Shown piece by piece: positions 37,001 to 52,000 of a DNA stretch of 64,000 nucleotides. Position 1 is the stretch's first letter, and each line of letters starts with the position of its first letter. The notes beneath the pieces were generated by a model. That model saw only the letters and a list, made by a program, of their open reading frames with translations. It was not told the DNA's origin and ran no database searches. Made by a program: the position numbers and the translations under genes. The DNA comes from Gracilinanus agilis (lineage: Eukaryota), in NCBI RefSeq assembly GCF_016433145.1, contig NC_058133.1:252551881-252615880 (forward strand), given 5' to 3'.

Positions 37001-40000
37001 AGCTGGGTGGCTCAGTGGATTGAAAGCCAGGCCTAGAGACAGGAGGTCCTAGGTTCAAATCCGGCCTCAGACACTTCCCAGCTGTGTGACTCTGGGCAAG
37101 TCACTTGACCCCTATTGCCTACCCTTACCTCTCTTCTGCCATGAAGCCAAAACACAGTATTGACTCCAAGACAGAAGGTATGGGTTTAAAAGAAAAAAGT
37201 CTGAGGGCTGTCTCCTCCTTTAGGGTCATACAGATCAAGGCTTACAAGTGGCCAGAGAAGCCCTTCTCAACAAACTCCTTTGAGAGTTAACTTCCAGCAT
37301 GAGGAAATTTAAGGTGTCCCTCCTACTCAAGGTTACAATTACACTGCACATCTCTAATTTACCCCGTTCCCTCTCATCCCCTCTATATTTTAAAGAAAAG
37401 CCTCTCCTCTGTCAGCCATAAACTCCTGAAACACAGGGACTGGTTCTGAGTCACTTTACACATTCATGTCTGCTTCTCCTTTTATTTTTTTTTTAACCCT
37501 TATTTTCTGTCTTAGAATCAATACTGTGTATTAGTTCTGAGGCAGAAGAATGGTAATGGCAATGGGGGTCAAGTGACTTGCCCAGGGACACATAGATAGG
37601 ACATCTCTGAGGCCAGATTTGAACCCAGCACCCCCCATCTCTGGGCCTGGCTCCCTATCCACTGAGCCACCTAGCTGCCCCCTTTCCTTCTCCTTCTTAC
37701 AGAAATTTCAACATATCTTAGTGGGAGCATCATATGGCCCTGGGTCTCTAGGGAGACTTTCTGACTTAGGGGAAGCAATCTTACTCATCTCCCTATGGGA
37801 GCTGTTCATATAGCCAAAAGAAACTTAAGAGCTGTACTGGAAACAGGGAAAAATCTGCTGAACTCTCTCATTTAAATGCCTCTTTCTGGATATACCTGAC
37901 ATTCTGTAAATAAATTTATTTGCCACTAAATGTTTATCACATTCATTCTACTATTCTACTATTAATGTGCTTTTAGCAATCAATTATTCCATTCAGGCGT
38001 TTCCCCCCATGACTGGCCAAGGTTGCCCTAATAAAGATTTTCCAGAAGCATGACATCAACTGTATAGCAATCTGGCAGAAGCAATTAGGCATTGCCCATG
38101 CCATTAGGTAAATCTGAAGAATTTAACTCTAAGAGGCCATGATGAAACCATTCAGCCAAAGTCTATCAGTCTACTACAGCTGGCTACACAGAAAGTATGC
38201 TGCTGTCTCTAAAGGTGGAAGAGGAAGGAAGGAAAGAGGGGTATGTCTGTACTTTCTTATTCCTTCTCAAAAACATGAAAATAAAATTGGGTTTTTCAGA
38301 ATGCAAAACAAAACTTTTTTCCCTCTCTCTCCCCGTCCCCAATTTTCATTATGCCTATATGGGAATCACTCCCTGTCCCCTGCCCCACCCCTAACACATC
38401 CTACTTTTCAGTGTCCAGCCTTGACCCTGGGGCCTGATACTTCTGTTCTCAGAGAGTGGAAAGAGTTGGTGTGAGGAGATTTAGTTTTTAATCCTCACTC
38501 TTCCATTAAATTTCACTGTCATCCTGAGTTTCAATTAATCCTCTTTTGACTTTAATTTCCTCATCTGTATTAAGAGCACTAAAAGTCTAATAAGTAGATC
38601 TTTAAACATGAGAAAGGCTGTTTCTGTCCTTCAAGACTCAGAGAAATAAAACTTACCAAAGCTGTAACTTCCAGTAAGCATCTGACTGGCTAGCAATAGA
38701 GAGTGAAAGAAAATCAGAAGAGAGAAGCAGTCAGACTATCATTGTTCCCTGTCCAACAAGAGCCTTGACAATTCTGGGGCTCCATCCTTAAATGCCTTGA
38801 GGTGGCCACACCACCAAGAGAGAGGGAGGGGCAGGGCAGACACTTCTGAGGTCAAATGTCAGGCCTGCCTTTCAATACCTGCAGATGATCCTGGACAAGA
38901 CACTCACTATGGGTCTCTGTTTCCTCACCCTCAAAATGAGGTAATGGACTGAATGACACAAGAGTGACTTTACTCTGAATCTGACACCCACTCTCTGCAG
39001 GGGTGGGGCTTCCTCTGGGCTGACTCCCTCCCTTCCACCCTCCCCACCCAGACACAATACAGATCTCTAGAGAAATAAACTAGGCTCAGGATTACTCTCA
39101 TGCTCTCAAGGTGCCTGGTTGTTCTAGCCAGAAATTGAGTGAAAGCTGACTGAATTCAGTTTTTACCTCTTCTACTACTGTGAGTCTTTCCCTTTGGTCT
39201 TTAGTGGAAAAAGAAAATAGTGGAATCTTCCTCCTTTGAGAAGGCAAGCCATAACCAATTGCCATAGCTTCTTCTCTAAGTTACCCTCAGTACTAACTCT
39301 CTTCAACCTAGGTCTTGGGCACAGTAATGAAAGGAGAATAGGGTAATGGGGAAGAAGAAGCAAGGAGGGGAGAGAAAAACAGTGAGCCCCAATTACCTAT
39401 GGGTGCTGGCTGTGTCTGGAACAAAGCCTGGCCAGCTGGAGGGATGCCTCCCATTGTAGAGGAGAAAGGGCTACTCCCAAAGGCATCAAAGTTGGCAAAG
39501 CCTCCATGAGAAGGCCCCGGGCCTGTAAGTAGAACAAACAGAGAGATTACACACAAGCAGCATAAGAGCCAGAAAACAATGCTTAGAGGATTTCTGCTTC
39601 ACCACACAGCTCTCTTCTCTGGGCTTTGCTTTCCGAAACTTAAAAATAAGATTAGGGAGTGGCTAGGTGAGCCCACTGGATTGAGGCAAAGTGGATAGGA
39701 GGTCCTGGGTTCAAATGTGGCCTCAAGACTTTTCCCAGCTGTGTGACTGTGGGTAAGTCCACTGCCTAGACCTTTACTGCTGTTCTCCCTTAGAACCAAT
39801 ACACAGTATTGATTTTAAGATGGCAATGAAGGGTTTTTAAAATAAATTATCTCAAAGCCCTTCAAATCTGAGACAAGCATATGCAAACAGGAAGGGTCAC
39901 ATTAGAGGGTTCCAATTCTAGTGAATTCTACACATAGTGCCTTTTCACAGAATGACAAAATTTCAGAGGGAAAAGGAGCCTTTAGAGGCCACACAGTCTC

Positions 40001-43000
40001 ACCTCTACCTACTGTAAAACCTCCAACAACCTCCAAACAGTCACCGAGCCTTGTTTGAAGACCTCCAATGAGAGGTTTGGATGTATATAACACTGCCCTC
40101 CCCCTTCTTTTCCCCCAGTTTTTCTAGAAATAGGAAGAAAGAAATATTTTTCTAATTAAAAAAAAAATGTTTTTTTCCAGGTCTCTTCTTTTGGGGTGAG
40201 TTAGATCAAGAACAAAAGACAACTTTCTTAGGGATGGATTAAGAAGGGAAAACAAATTCTAAAAGCTTGGAAGTCAATGATCTGTGAATCACTGCGAAGT
40301 ATCCTTTTTCCACAAAGAATAATGGATTCCGGGGCAGTTAGGTGGCTCAATGGATACAGAACTAAATCTGGAGATGGGAGGTCCTGGATTCAAATCTAGC
40401 CTCAGACACTTATTAGCTGTGTGACCCTGGGCAAGTCACTTAATGCTGTTTACCTCACTTTCTTCATCTGTAAAATTCACTGGAGAAAGAAATGGCCAAA
40501 GAAAACTCCAAATAGGGTCATAAAGAGTCAGTCACAACCGAAAATAACTGAACAACAAAAGTGGCACTAAATGCATGTTTAATAGAATTCTCCTATTCAT
40601 CAGAATGAGTTTTTTTCCTTTAGTAGTTCTTCACAGCTAGTTCTAGTTCCTTTTCTGAGATTATTTAAGGTTTTTACTTGGTGTTCTATTAACTTGGGTA
40701 TTTTTATATGTATATGTATATATACACACACACACACATACATGCATATACATGCGTAGTAGCAAGTTGCTTAATTTTTTTTAAACCCTTACCTTCCATC
40801 TTAGAATCAATATCATGTATTGGTTCTAAGTCAGAAGAACGGTAAGGGCTAGGCAATGGGGAGTAAGTGACTTGCCCAGGGCCACCCAGCTAGGAAGTGT
40901 CTGAGTCCAGATTTGAACCTAGGACCTCTGGTTTCTAGGTCTGGCTCTCAATCCACTGAGCCAACTAGCTGCCCCTGGCATTTTATATTGTTGGAAGCAT
41001 TCCTCTATTTTGTGTTCTTAATTTTGCTAGAATATAACTAACTATACATAGTAGATTCTGACTTTTTTTCTGGTTTTGTTATGATTTCATCTTGTTTGCT
41101 AAGTTGTTTTCTAAGTTGTTTTTCTTCCCTCTTTAATCAGATTAGCTAAATGTTTATTAATTTTATTAGTTAGGTTTTTCAAAGAAGCTTTTAGTTTTAT
41201 TTGTCATTTCTATAAGTTTTTTTGGTTTCCTGTTTTATCTATTGCTCCTCTAACTTTTAATATCTCTTTTGCACTTATTTTATGTCTGCTGGTTTGCTGG
41301 CTTTCTATTTCTATTTAGAAATCTACATGTTTAGTTCATTAATCGTATCTTTTTCTATGTTGCAAATATATATCTGTAAGAATATATTTTCTCCAAAACT
41401 GTTTTAGTTGCATCCTAGGCATTTTGGTCCAGTAATACCACTACTAGGTCTCTATTCCAAAGAGATAAAAAAAAAAAGGGGGAAAGGGACTATTTGTACA
41501 AAAATATGTATAGCTGCTCTTTTTGTGGTGGCAAAGAATTAAAAACTAAAGAAATGTTCCTCAACTGGGGAATGGCTGAACAAATTGTGGTATATGACAG
41601 TGATGGAATACTATTGTGCTATAAGGAATGGTGAATGAGATGATTTCAGAAAGAACTGGAAGACCTACATAAACTAATGCAGAGTGAAATAAGCAGAACC
41701 AGGAGAACATTATACACAGTAACAGCAATATTGTGGAATGATCAAAATGTGACAGACTTTGCTACTAATAGCAATACAATAATCCAGAACAATTCTGAGG
41801 GACTTGCTATCCACCTCCAGAGAAAGAACTGTTGGAGTAAGAATGCAGATGGAAGCATATGATTTATCACTTGTTTATTTGGGTATATGTTTTAGAGTTT
41901 TGGTTTTATAAGATATTCACATACAAAAATGAATAATATAGAAACATATTTTTCATGATAATATATATAATTCAGACTGAATTGATAGCCAGTTCCAGGA
42001 GTGGGAAGAAAAGAAGAGAGGGAAACGATTTAGATCATATAACTTTGGAAAACTCATATGGAAATTTGTTATTAAAAAAAAAAAAAGAACTTCTCCAGAG
42101 GAAAAAAGAATTTCACTGTTAAGTTTCCATTTATGCTTTTGTTTTTGTGCTCTCTGAACTGATAACTATTTTTATTATGTTCTATAAAAAATGTGTTAAC
42201 TATTTTTGTCTTTTTGACATCTGTTAGCAATTTCTCTGTGCCCTAATACACAAATTAGTTTCTCTGAAAGTTCCATGGAGTATTGAAAAATAAATCTATT
42301 CTTAGGGGCAGTTAGGTGACTTAGTAGACAGCAAGTCCTAGAGATGGGAGGTCTTGGGTTCAAATGTGGCCTCCATGACCTCCTGGATGTTATTTAACCC
42401 CAATTGCATAGTCCTTACTACTCTTCTGTCTTGGAACCAACACTGTATCAATTCTAAAACAGAAGGTAAGGGCTTAAAAATATATATCTAAAATGTTGAA
42501 GGGGATATGGCAAAATTGAGACACTAATACACTGCTGCTAGAGTTGTGAATTGGTCCAACCATTCTGGAGGGCAATTTGGAATTATGCCCAAAGGGCTTT
42601 AAATGACTGTCTGCCCTTTGACCCAGGCCATACTACTGCTGGGTTTGTACCCCAAAGAGATAATAAAGAAAATACTTGTACAAAGATACTTATAGCCACT
42701 CTCTTTGTGGTGGCAAAAAATTGGAAAACGAGGGGGTGTCTATCAAAGTATGGTATCTGATGGTGATGGAATACTATTGTGCTGAAAGGAATGATGAACT
42801 GGAAGATTTCCATGTGAACTGGAAAGACCTCCAGGAATTGATGCAGAGCAGAATGAGTAGAACCAGGAGAACATTATACACAGTCACTGATACACTGTGG
42901 CACAATCAAATGTAATAGACTTTTCTACTAGCAGCAATGCAATGATCCAGGACAATCCAGAGGAACTTATGAGAACGAATTCTATCCACATCCAGAGAAA

Positions 43001-46000
43001 GAAATGTGGGAGCAGAAATGCAGAAGAAAAACATGTAATCGATCACATGGTTCGATGGGGATATGATTGGGGTTTTGGCATTAAAAGATCACTCTATTAC
43101 AAATACAAATAACATGGAAATAGATTTTGAACAATACATGTATAACCCAGTGAGATTGTCAGCTCTGGCAGGGGGAGGGAAGAGAGGTGGGAAAAATCGT
43201 GAATCATGTAACCATGGAAAAATATTCTAATAAAAAATTTAAATATATATATGTTCTTAAGCAGTCTCATATAGAAGATACAATAAGTCTTTCAACTCTA
43301 GATTTCCCAGCAATTTAATTCTCTATTTTCCCTTCTGTTTATCTTTGTTAGATGTGTCCAAAACTATGAGACGAACTCTAAAATCTCTTACCATTACTAT
43401 ATTACTCTCAGTTTTCTTGGAGTTCAGTTTATTTTTTCTATTATGAGTTCTTTTGCTAAAGCATTTAGAGCATATAAGTATAATATAATATATTGGTTTG
43501 TTATTTATGGTCCCTTTCATCATAATGTAGTTTCTGTGCTTATCCCTTTTTATGCTAACTATAATACTTGACATTTATATGTCACTTTATGGTTTGCAAA
43601 GCACTTTACATAAATTATTTCACTTGAACTTCACAGTTCTGTGAGAAAGGCACTGTTTTATAGACAAGGAAACCAAAGCTCAGAGAAGTTAAGTAATTTG
43701 CCCATAGTTGTTACACTAGGCATTGTCAACAAGAAGGGACTTGCACACAGTTTCCTGCATTCCTATAGTCTTTGCACTGCATTACTTCTTTCCTCTTTCA
43801 TAAAAAAGGCCTTTCAAATCCTTGAAGACTGCTATTCTTTATATGATATGATATATTATAGTTATCTCTCCTTTGAGCTAATCATTCCCAATATGGTGGT
43901 GTAGTCTTCTGAGCTTCTTCTCTACCCTAACATCCTTCCAAATGTAGTGCCAAGGACTGAACACAGATTATGGTTTGATCATTAAGATACAATTAAACTA
44001 TAAATCAATCAAGCTTTTTTTTTTTAAATTTTAAACACTTAACTTCTGTGTATTGATTTATAGGTGGAAGATTGGTAAGGGTAGGCAATGGGGGTCAAGT
44101 GACTTGCCCAGGGTCACACAGCTGGGAAGTGTCTGAGGCCGGACTTGAACCTAGGACCTCCTGTCTCTAGGCCTGGCTCTCAATCCACTGAGCTACCCAG
44201 CTGCCCCCACAATCAAGCTTTTATAAGTGGGTTCTTAACTCAGTTATTAACTCAGACCCCAGTCTAAGAATTTGTTTTTTAAAATATTTTATTAACTGTA
44301 TTTTAACGAACTGTCTAAGCAAATGGTCCAAGAATCCCTGATGTTTACTTCTCTGAAGGTGCTTATACTCCAGAAAGGGACACAGTAAGTTTGAATAAAT
44401 ACAGGCTATAAATACACAAAGAGAGAGGAGGGGATCCTATAACTATGGAAGTCAGGAAAAACCTCTTATAAAATATGGTACCTGAGCTAAGCTTAAAGGG
44501 AGCTAGGCGTTCAAAGAGATAGAGATGAGAAGGGAGAGCATGTCAGATATGGGGGACAGAAAGCTTTTGCAAAGGAAGTGGTAAATGGAATCTCTTGCAT
44601 AAGGAATAGCAAGTAAGCCAGTTTAACTGGAGGATAGAGAACAGGTAGAGGGAGTAAAGTATAATAAGCCTAAAAAGACAGGCAGGTTGGAGAAATTTAT
44701 TAAATGTCAAACAGAATTTGCAGTGCATCTTAAGACAACAAGGAAGCATTGAACTTCTGTGAAAGGGAATTTTTATTCCCTTTGTCTACTTTAAGTTAAT
44801 CAATCAAGAACTTAAAGTATCCATACTTAACACTTAGTAAATCACTAATAAAGAAAATTCACACCTTAAAAAGCCACAAACTAGGTAAATTGAAAGGCTG
44901 TAATTGATTCCTGAGATGTGACAAGGAGAGCTGATAAGTAGAGAAAATTGTATATAAGCGGGAGTCTGAGAGAGATTTGGGCATTCTTGGTTTCATTCTT
45001 GGATTCTTGGCTCTTCATTCTTGGCAGAGCGTAAGCTCTGATGGACTTCTTGGTGGTTTGGGCCTCCTGTGTGTGCTGAAGGCTCTCAGTGGTTTTTCAA
45101 CATCTTTGGCTCTCGGCTTCCTGATCCAGACTTTGGATTCTGGTGAGATTCTTATTCGAATTCGAGGTCTGGAGGCACTAAGATTAGGACTTAAGGTATT
45201 TTTAGGTAGGTGATATTTTCTACCTCCTTCCTATATTTCCCATTTTAAAATCTTTACCTTGCTATAAATAAAGCTACTAACAGTCTACTGATTCATAGTT
45301 TAACTTTAATTTTTATGAATGGTGACCACAATTGTTTTTTTTAACCATTATTATCTTTGTCAAACCAAAATTTTAACTATTATATTTGGCAACCAATTTT
45401 AATTATTATACTTCCTGAACACAGGAGCATCATGTTTATCTATATAGGAATATCACTATATATATAATTCTACATATAGAATTATCACTATAGGAATATA
45501 ATTTTGGTAACTGTGTGGAAGATGCACTATAGGAAAGAGTCTTAAAAGCAGAAAGATCCTGTTCAAGAAAGATGAAGGTCTGGAAGAAAGTGGTTGTGAA
45601 TAAGCTGAAGGAAAGGGAACTGATGCAAGAAATGGTGAACAAGCAGGATTGGCATGACTTGGCCACTGATGGAACATGGAATTGAAGAAAGGTGAAAGAG
45701 CTGAAAATGACTTCAAGGCTGCAAATCTTAGTAGCAGGAAGAATGGTGTTTCCCTTGGCAGAGAGAGGGAAATTAAGAGGAAGGATGGATTTAAAAAGAA
45801 ACTCAATGAGTTCTGCTTAAGATATGTTGAGCTTGAGATACTTATCTAGGCAGATATGTCAAGTAACCCAGAACAGAGGCAAGAAAGGAGCTCTGAAGAG
45901 AGATAAGGAATGGATGTACAGTCGTCCCTCGCTATATCACAGTTCACTTATCGCAGCTTCACTGTATCGTGGGTTTTTTAAAAAATGTATCTAACTCTGT

Positions 46001-49000
46001 ATTGTGAAGTGTTCACTATACCACAGGATTTTGCAGATGAATATTGTACTGTACACAATGGGAATACAGTACACTACTACAACTTGTGCAAATTTGCCAA
46101 TGTGATACTGTACATGGCACACTATTGGCTGACGAAAGGCAACCAACCACAGCGCTGTGTTCTGTATCCTGGGCTCTGATTGGCAGTGTGACTGTAGCAT
46201 CAGTCTGTTCGCTCTCCTGCTACTTTGTGGATTTTTACCTATCGTAGGAGTGTCTGGAACATTAACTCCTGGGATAGGTGAGAGATCACTGTATAGACTT
46301 GGGAATCATCTGCACAGAGGTAATAGTGGAAACCATATGAGCTGAAGAGATCACCAAGAGTTAGGGGAGGTGTGAAGAGAAAAGAGAGGGCCCAGAATAA
46401 AGTCATTAAGGATACCCACATACAAGATGCAGGACATGATTAACCAAGAATGGTCTAACAGGTAGAAATAAAACTAGATTAAGTGTCATGAAAACCCAGG
46501 CACAAGACAAAGACAGAAGGAGAGAGTAGTAAACAGTGCTAAACACTGTAGAGAGGTCAAAAAAGATGATCTAGAAAATGCCATTAGATTTAACACTAAA
46601 GTGATCTCTGAAGACCTTGGAAAGTGTTGTTTGAATTGTAGGGAGAGAAGTGAGACTGCAAGGAGCTAAGGAACGGGAGGGGAGAAAGAAAAGGTAAGTA
46701 GTAGAGAAAGTTGGTTTTTTTTCCTCAGTTTTGATGTAAAAGAGAATCCAAAGATAGAATGATAGCACAGGCACTGAGGTCAGGTAGAACAAACTGAAGT
46801 GGATACTGAACTTCACTATAAAGGAAAGAAAATTACCTGACAGCCCATAGGTAACCAGGAATTGGATAGTTATTTCTGGATGAAGTGAATCTCAAAGGAG
46901 GAACAGTATGGCAGTGAGGCTAGTTAAGGAAAGGGAGGGACATGTAAAGGAGAGGCAAAAAACCACCTCCTCCCCCTCTTAGCCCACTGTGTCAATGGTG
47001 ATGAGAGATGGTACACCTGGAAAGAGTTACCAAGAGTGCTGTGCCATTGAAGAGAAAGATTTCTCTGATGATAGATCAGGAGATAGAAGGGCCATGAGAG
47101 GAAGATCCAATCTGAAATGCAATTTGTTTTTTAAAAGGGGGGATGGGGAGGGTAGAGTTGGAGAGGGACCTATGAAAGATGGAAGAGTGTGGGGAATGTT
47201 GACCAAGGATGGGAGCTTAGGTCTAGGTATTCAACTCAGAATTGCAAGGACTGTAAATAGAACAACAGGACATGAGATGATTGTGCCTTTTCTAGTAGTA
47301 ATGGTAATGCCGAGCTGATTTATCATTACAAGAGCAAGAAGCAGAAATTAGATATGGGACAGGGCTTTCCAGGAGGAAGAGAAAGATGGCTTGGGCCCTG
47401 GTGAGATGAAGCTAGACCTGGGACTGGCTAGATATGGAGAACTGACCTCCAATTCAGGGGAGCTCAAAATCACTAAAATCCCCTGATCATTTTCACTGAA
47501 AATGCCATCCATCTGGCCATGATTCATCTAACTGGACAACCTTGCAAGGTTGAGATTTTGAGCCCATTTATCTCTGTAAGAGTTCATCTGATTCAATGTA
47601 ATTTGGAACCTTACTACCTAGCACCCAGTGGGTCAAGTTAGCTGTTATTACCAGCTTCATAGCATGTTGCTTAACATGGTTCAACACTGATTCAACACTG
47701 CCTTTACAAGGTACAGAGCAAGAGTTCAACAGAATGGGGAGAGGGGAACACCAGAGAGGCAGACAATTTCTTGTGGACAGACAAGCCTCCACTGGCCTAC
47801 TCTGATATACAGAATGATATATCATTCTTACTACAAACCTTCTGCAAAGGAAGAGAGGGCAAAGAAGGAATAAAAAAGCAAAGATTATTTTCAGAAGGCT
47901 AAGAGAAAGCTCTGAAACTCCTTCTGTTTTTATTTAGTACTACCCCCCAATTTATTTTTAGTACCCCAGCTCAAGCCCCAGTGTTATGGCCACTTTTTCT
48001 TCTTTTCAACCTCTCCCCACTGACCAATATAAAATTACTATAATGTACCACCTCCTACATGAATGAACTAATTCCAAGGTCAAACAAAATTCAAGTTACC
48101 CCAAAGGAATGGGTTCTACACGAGTACCTGAAATTGTTTTTAAGTCTAGATCCAACTTACCCCCAAAGACAGCAAAGTTTGATGCTGGTTGGGGAGTAGC
48201 AAAAGGGTCTCCACCAATGTCAGCCAACAGGTCCGTGCTGGCTTTCTTGACTGAAGGGAGGGAGGGTGGTTGGGAGCACCGGTGCTGAGAAAGTCGAGCC
48301 TGAGGATTAGAGAGGAATTAATTACAATAATTATGGAGCCAGAAATCCTAGAAGCCTCCCAGAACTTCCTCTAACTTTGTATTGTCCTAGTAAGACAGGT
48401 AGACAAGTGTACTGGATATCATGTGGTCTCTGTGCTGAGAAAATTCCAGGGAGCAAAATAGGATGGCTTCTTTCACATTCTATTGATAAACTCACAGGAC
48501 TTTGTAGGCTTTGGGACCTACAAAGTAAAGTAATGTGAAGGCAACAAGCCTCAGTGAAACATTATTAGCAAATAACACAGTAATCAATTCCAGCTGTAGC
48601 TAATATTGACCACTTTTCCCTATTTGATAAAGAACTTTCCCCAACCTAATAGCCCCTTCTCTTGCTCCAAAGGTGTTATATTGAATCTCTGGGAATTAGG
48701 AGTTCACACTGTGATTGACAGGTGGATCAGTTGGATGTCGGAATGTTTCCAGAGAGGCATGGGGACAGGAGAGGGCAGTTGGCCCAGGGGGCGTATAAAA
48801 CCACCCTGGTAGCCCTGGCAGGGGTTCTTGGTTCTTTCTTTCCCTGAGACCAGAGATCAGTGGATCCTGTTCTTTGTGGGATTGAGACTTGCAGACTCAA
48901 CCCTGCAAGCTCCTCCTGTTTGTTCCTGTACCATCAACAACCCATACCCAGACCATCATCTCTGATTCTACTGCCCCTAGATATTAGGAATTCAATCATC

Positions 49001-52000
49001 TTAGTTATCTAGGTGTCCCAGGGCCCGAAAGTGGGCAGGAGAAGAAGAAAAGGGTGGAAAGGGGTGGATATCTCAAACTGGTTAGGCTTATCATCTAGTG
49101 AAGAAGAAGATGAAAGTTTATACAAGCAGTTTACCAGCTCTGGTGTGGCTCTGGCCAGGCTGTACCAGAGAGAAGTTATCATCTTAATTCCTTTACTGGC
49201 CTACAGTTAGAGATTAATCATCATCATCATTTTAACTAGGTTCTCCCAATACCTCTATCCAATCCCATTATCCTCCTTTGTTAAATATAATTGAAGTTTA
49301 AAGTGCCTTCCTGAAGTGGTTATTCAAAGCTTCTTTGGGAAGGGAGAGATGCAGTCAGATTCCAACGTTACCCAGCTAAAGAGCACATTAAATAATATCA
49401 ATTAACCCCACGTGGGTCCTGAAGGGATATCATCCATTGACCTAAAGGATCCTGCCTGGGCAACTGTTATAAAGGAGAGAGATGTCATCTTATCCTCTCT
49501 CTATACTTCATCTACATCTACATCTAATAGACAGGAGTATCAGTTTTTATTATAACAAAGGTAAACTCATTAGGTCTGCTCTGACTTTCTCCCACTCTAC
49601 TTCCTGCAGGCTTATTCCTTTTTTAACAAGGGGAAGACTAGGGACATTTTTTAGAAGACAGTGACACACAAGCAGAATTCATTGTAAAGCTTTGTTCTGC
49701 TACCTTATCACTCAATCTATAGGATTTAAAGACTGAAATGAGATCTCTATATCTTTGCCCCTCTATAAATTATGCCTTTGTATCTGACACTTACCTGATT
49801 AGAGCTGGAAATAGCAGAAGAGGGCCCAGGGTCCCCAAGAAGTGTCTTCAAGGGCTTTACATCTGAAGTTGAATCTTGGGTAGGGGTAGAGGTGCTGCTT
49901 TTGGCATAGGATGATCCCTTGACTTGGTCTGGGGGAACATACCTTCAAGGAACAAACAAGCTAAGTGGAATAAGAAGGAGTACCAACTAATTATCCCCCC
50001 AGTTTATGTGCTCTCTGAACTTCTAGGAAAGCATCCATTATTGTATATGAATCAAATCGTGTTGTTTTCAGAATTGGAAGAGCATTTAGAGATCCTCTCA
50101 ACTAATGCAAAGATATCCTCTTCAAATGGGTTCTGAACCAGATTAAAATGTAACTGGGGAGGATTTAACATGATAAATAAAAATACAACAGAACAGATAA
50201 CATTACATTTTCAAACTAAGCCAATATGTGGTCTGCAGTATGGATTTGTAGTCTCCCTTTTTATTTTAGTTTGACCCCACTGACCTAGAACATTCCTGAC
50301 AGGTGGTCATGTAGATGCTACAGAAACACTTTTAGTAACAAGGAATCTACACAAGAACAATAATGATAATAATAAAAATAGTGAGGATTCACTTGACACA
50401 CACACACACACACACACACACAATTTGATTACAAGGCAGTCCTTTCTATTAAAAAAAAATTGTACTGGACTTTTTTTCTTCTTTTAAACTCTCTCCTTCT
50501 GTCTTAGAATCAATATTATGAACTGATTCCAAGACAGACGATTTCCTTAAATATCCCTTTGCCTACAATTTGCATTTTTTTCTACAGGTAGGGTTTCTAT
50601 TATATAATTCCCAAGCTTCCAAACTCTGCATCTCCATATTTCTATAACTCCAGCTCTTATCCTTTCTATCTCTAAACATCCCTTTGTGCCTCAGTGTATT
50701 TATTAAGATAATAAAGGGTCAGGCTTCATTTGGTTGGTAAGTTTTATTTTATTTTTTTTTTAAACCCTTAACTTCCGTGTATTGGCTCATAGGTGGAAGA
50801 GTGCTAAGGGTGGGCAATGGGGGTCAAATGACTTGCCCAGGGTCACACAGCTGGCAGGCTTCATTTGGTAAAATACCTGCCTCCAACTTCTTTTCCCACA
50901 AAAGATACCAACCTGTTATGAATAAACACACATTGCTGTCAGCCTTCTAATTAATGCTTCCATCATTCTAATTAATCCACTTATGTTAAACTTGAGGAAC
51001 ATCAATTATACATGACATATGATTAAGGACAAGAAATACTGTCCTTCAATAAAGATTAGGTCTATAGAATTATGACAGGATTTAACTGTGATTGAATCTA
51101 TAAAAACTTAACCTAAGCTTCCAGAAGAGTCACAAATTCATATCTGGAAAGTTGTATTTGGAAAAAGAGGAAAAATATATAGCACACATATCTATGTTAC
51201 TGTTTCCTCCCTCCTCCATGATTACCATCGCTTCTTCTCATATTTCTCTTGAAGAAACTCCTTCACCTTTTGAGGGTCCCTGGAATCTGGGACTATGGAG
51301 GACTGTGCATCAAAGAGGCCTAGCCAGATCTTCCTACAAACCTGTGTGGTACAAAGAGGAGACCCAGGTAAACAAAGTGCTGGAGAAGACAATGTAAAAA
51401 CTACACACATTTTCAATCAGGAAAATGTTACTGATACAGATTAAACTTAAAAGTATAACATACAAGCATTTCCCCACACACAGAGAACTGTTAATGTTTA
51501 TCAGTATAATGAGGCCACTAATGGTCTTAAGAAATGGGTGGTTCCTAGGCTGACAGAGCCCCTTGTCTTCATGATCCAAGTTCCTCATACTGGTCAGTGT
51601 GAGGAACATAAATATGCCACACTAACAAACATTCCACAAACATTTAGGCTTAGTTGAGAACTTTTTTCAAAAGGAGTTGAATTCAACAAATATTTATTAA
51701 GAATCTACTATGTGTAGAGCACTATTTTAGGCACAAAAGTAGACGCAGAGTCTAGATAGAAACATTACAGCTTTTTTCTGACAATGTACCTATGTCATCT
51801 TGACTTTTTTGTTTCAATCCCTTTGGGATGAGGGAGATCTAATTCAGAAATATTAAATCTAGAAAATGTGGGGAAATGTCCAAGAAAGTTTATTAGTTGG
51901 TACTCATCATAGCAGTGATTATCTGTTGACATGTTTGGTCCACAATTTTTTTAAAATTCTCCATTTGTTTTTTTAAATGGGACTGGAGTGTCAAAAAGGC

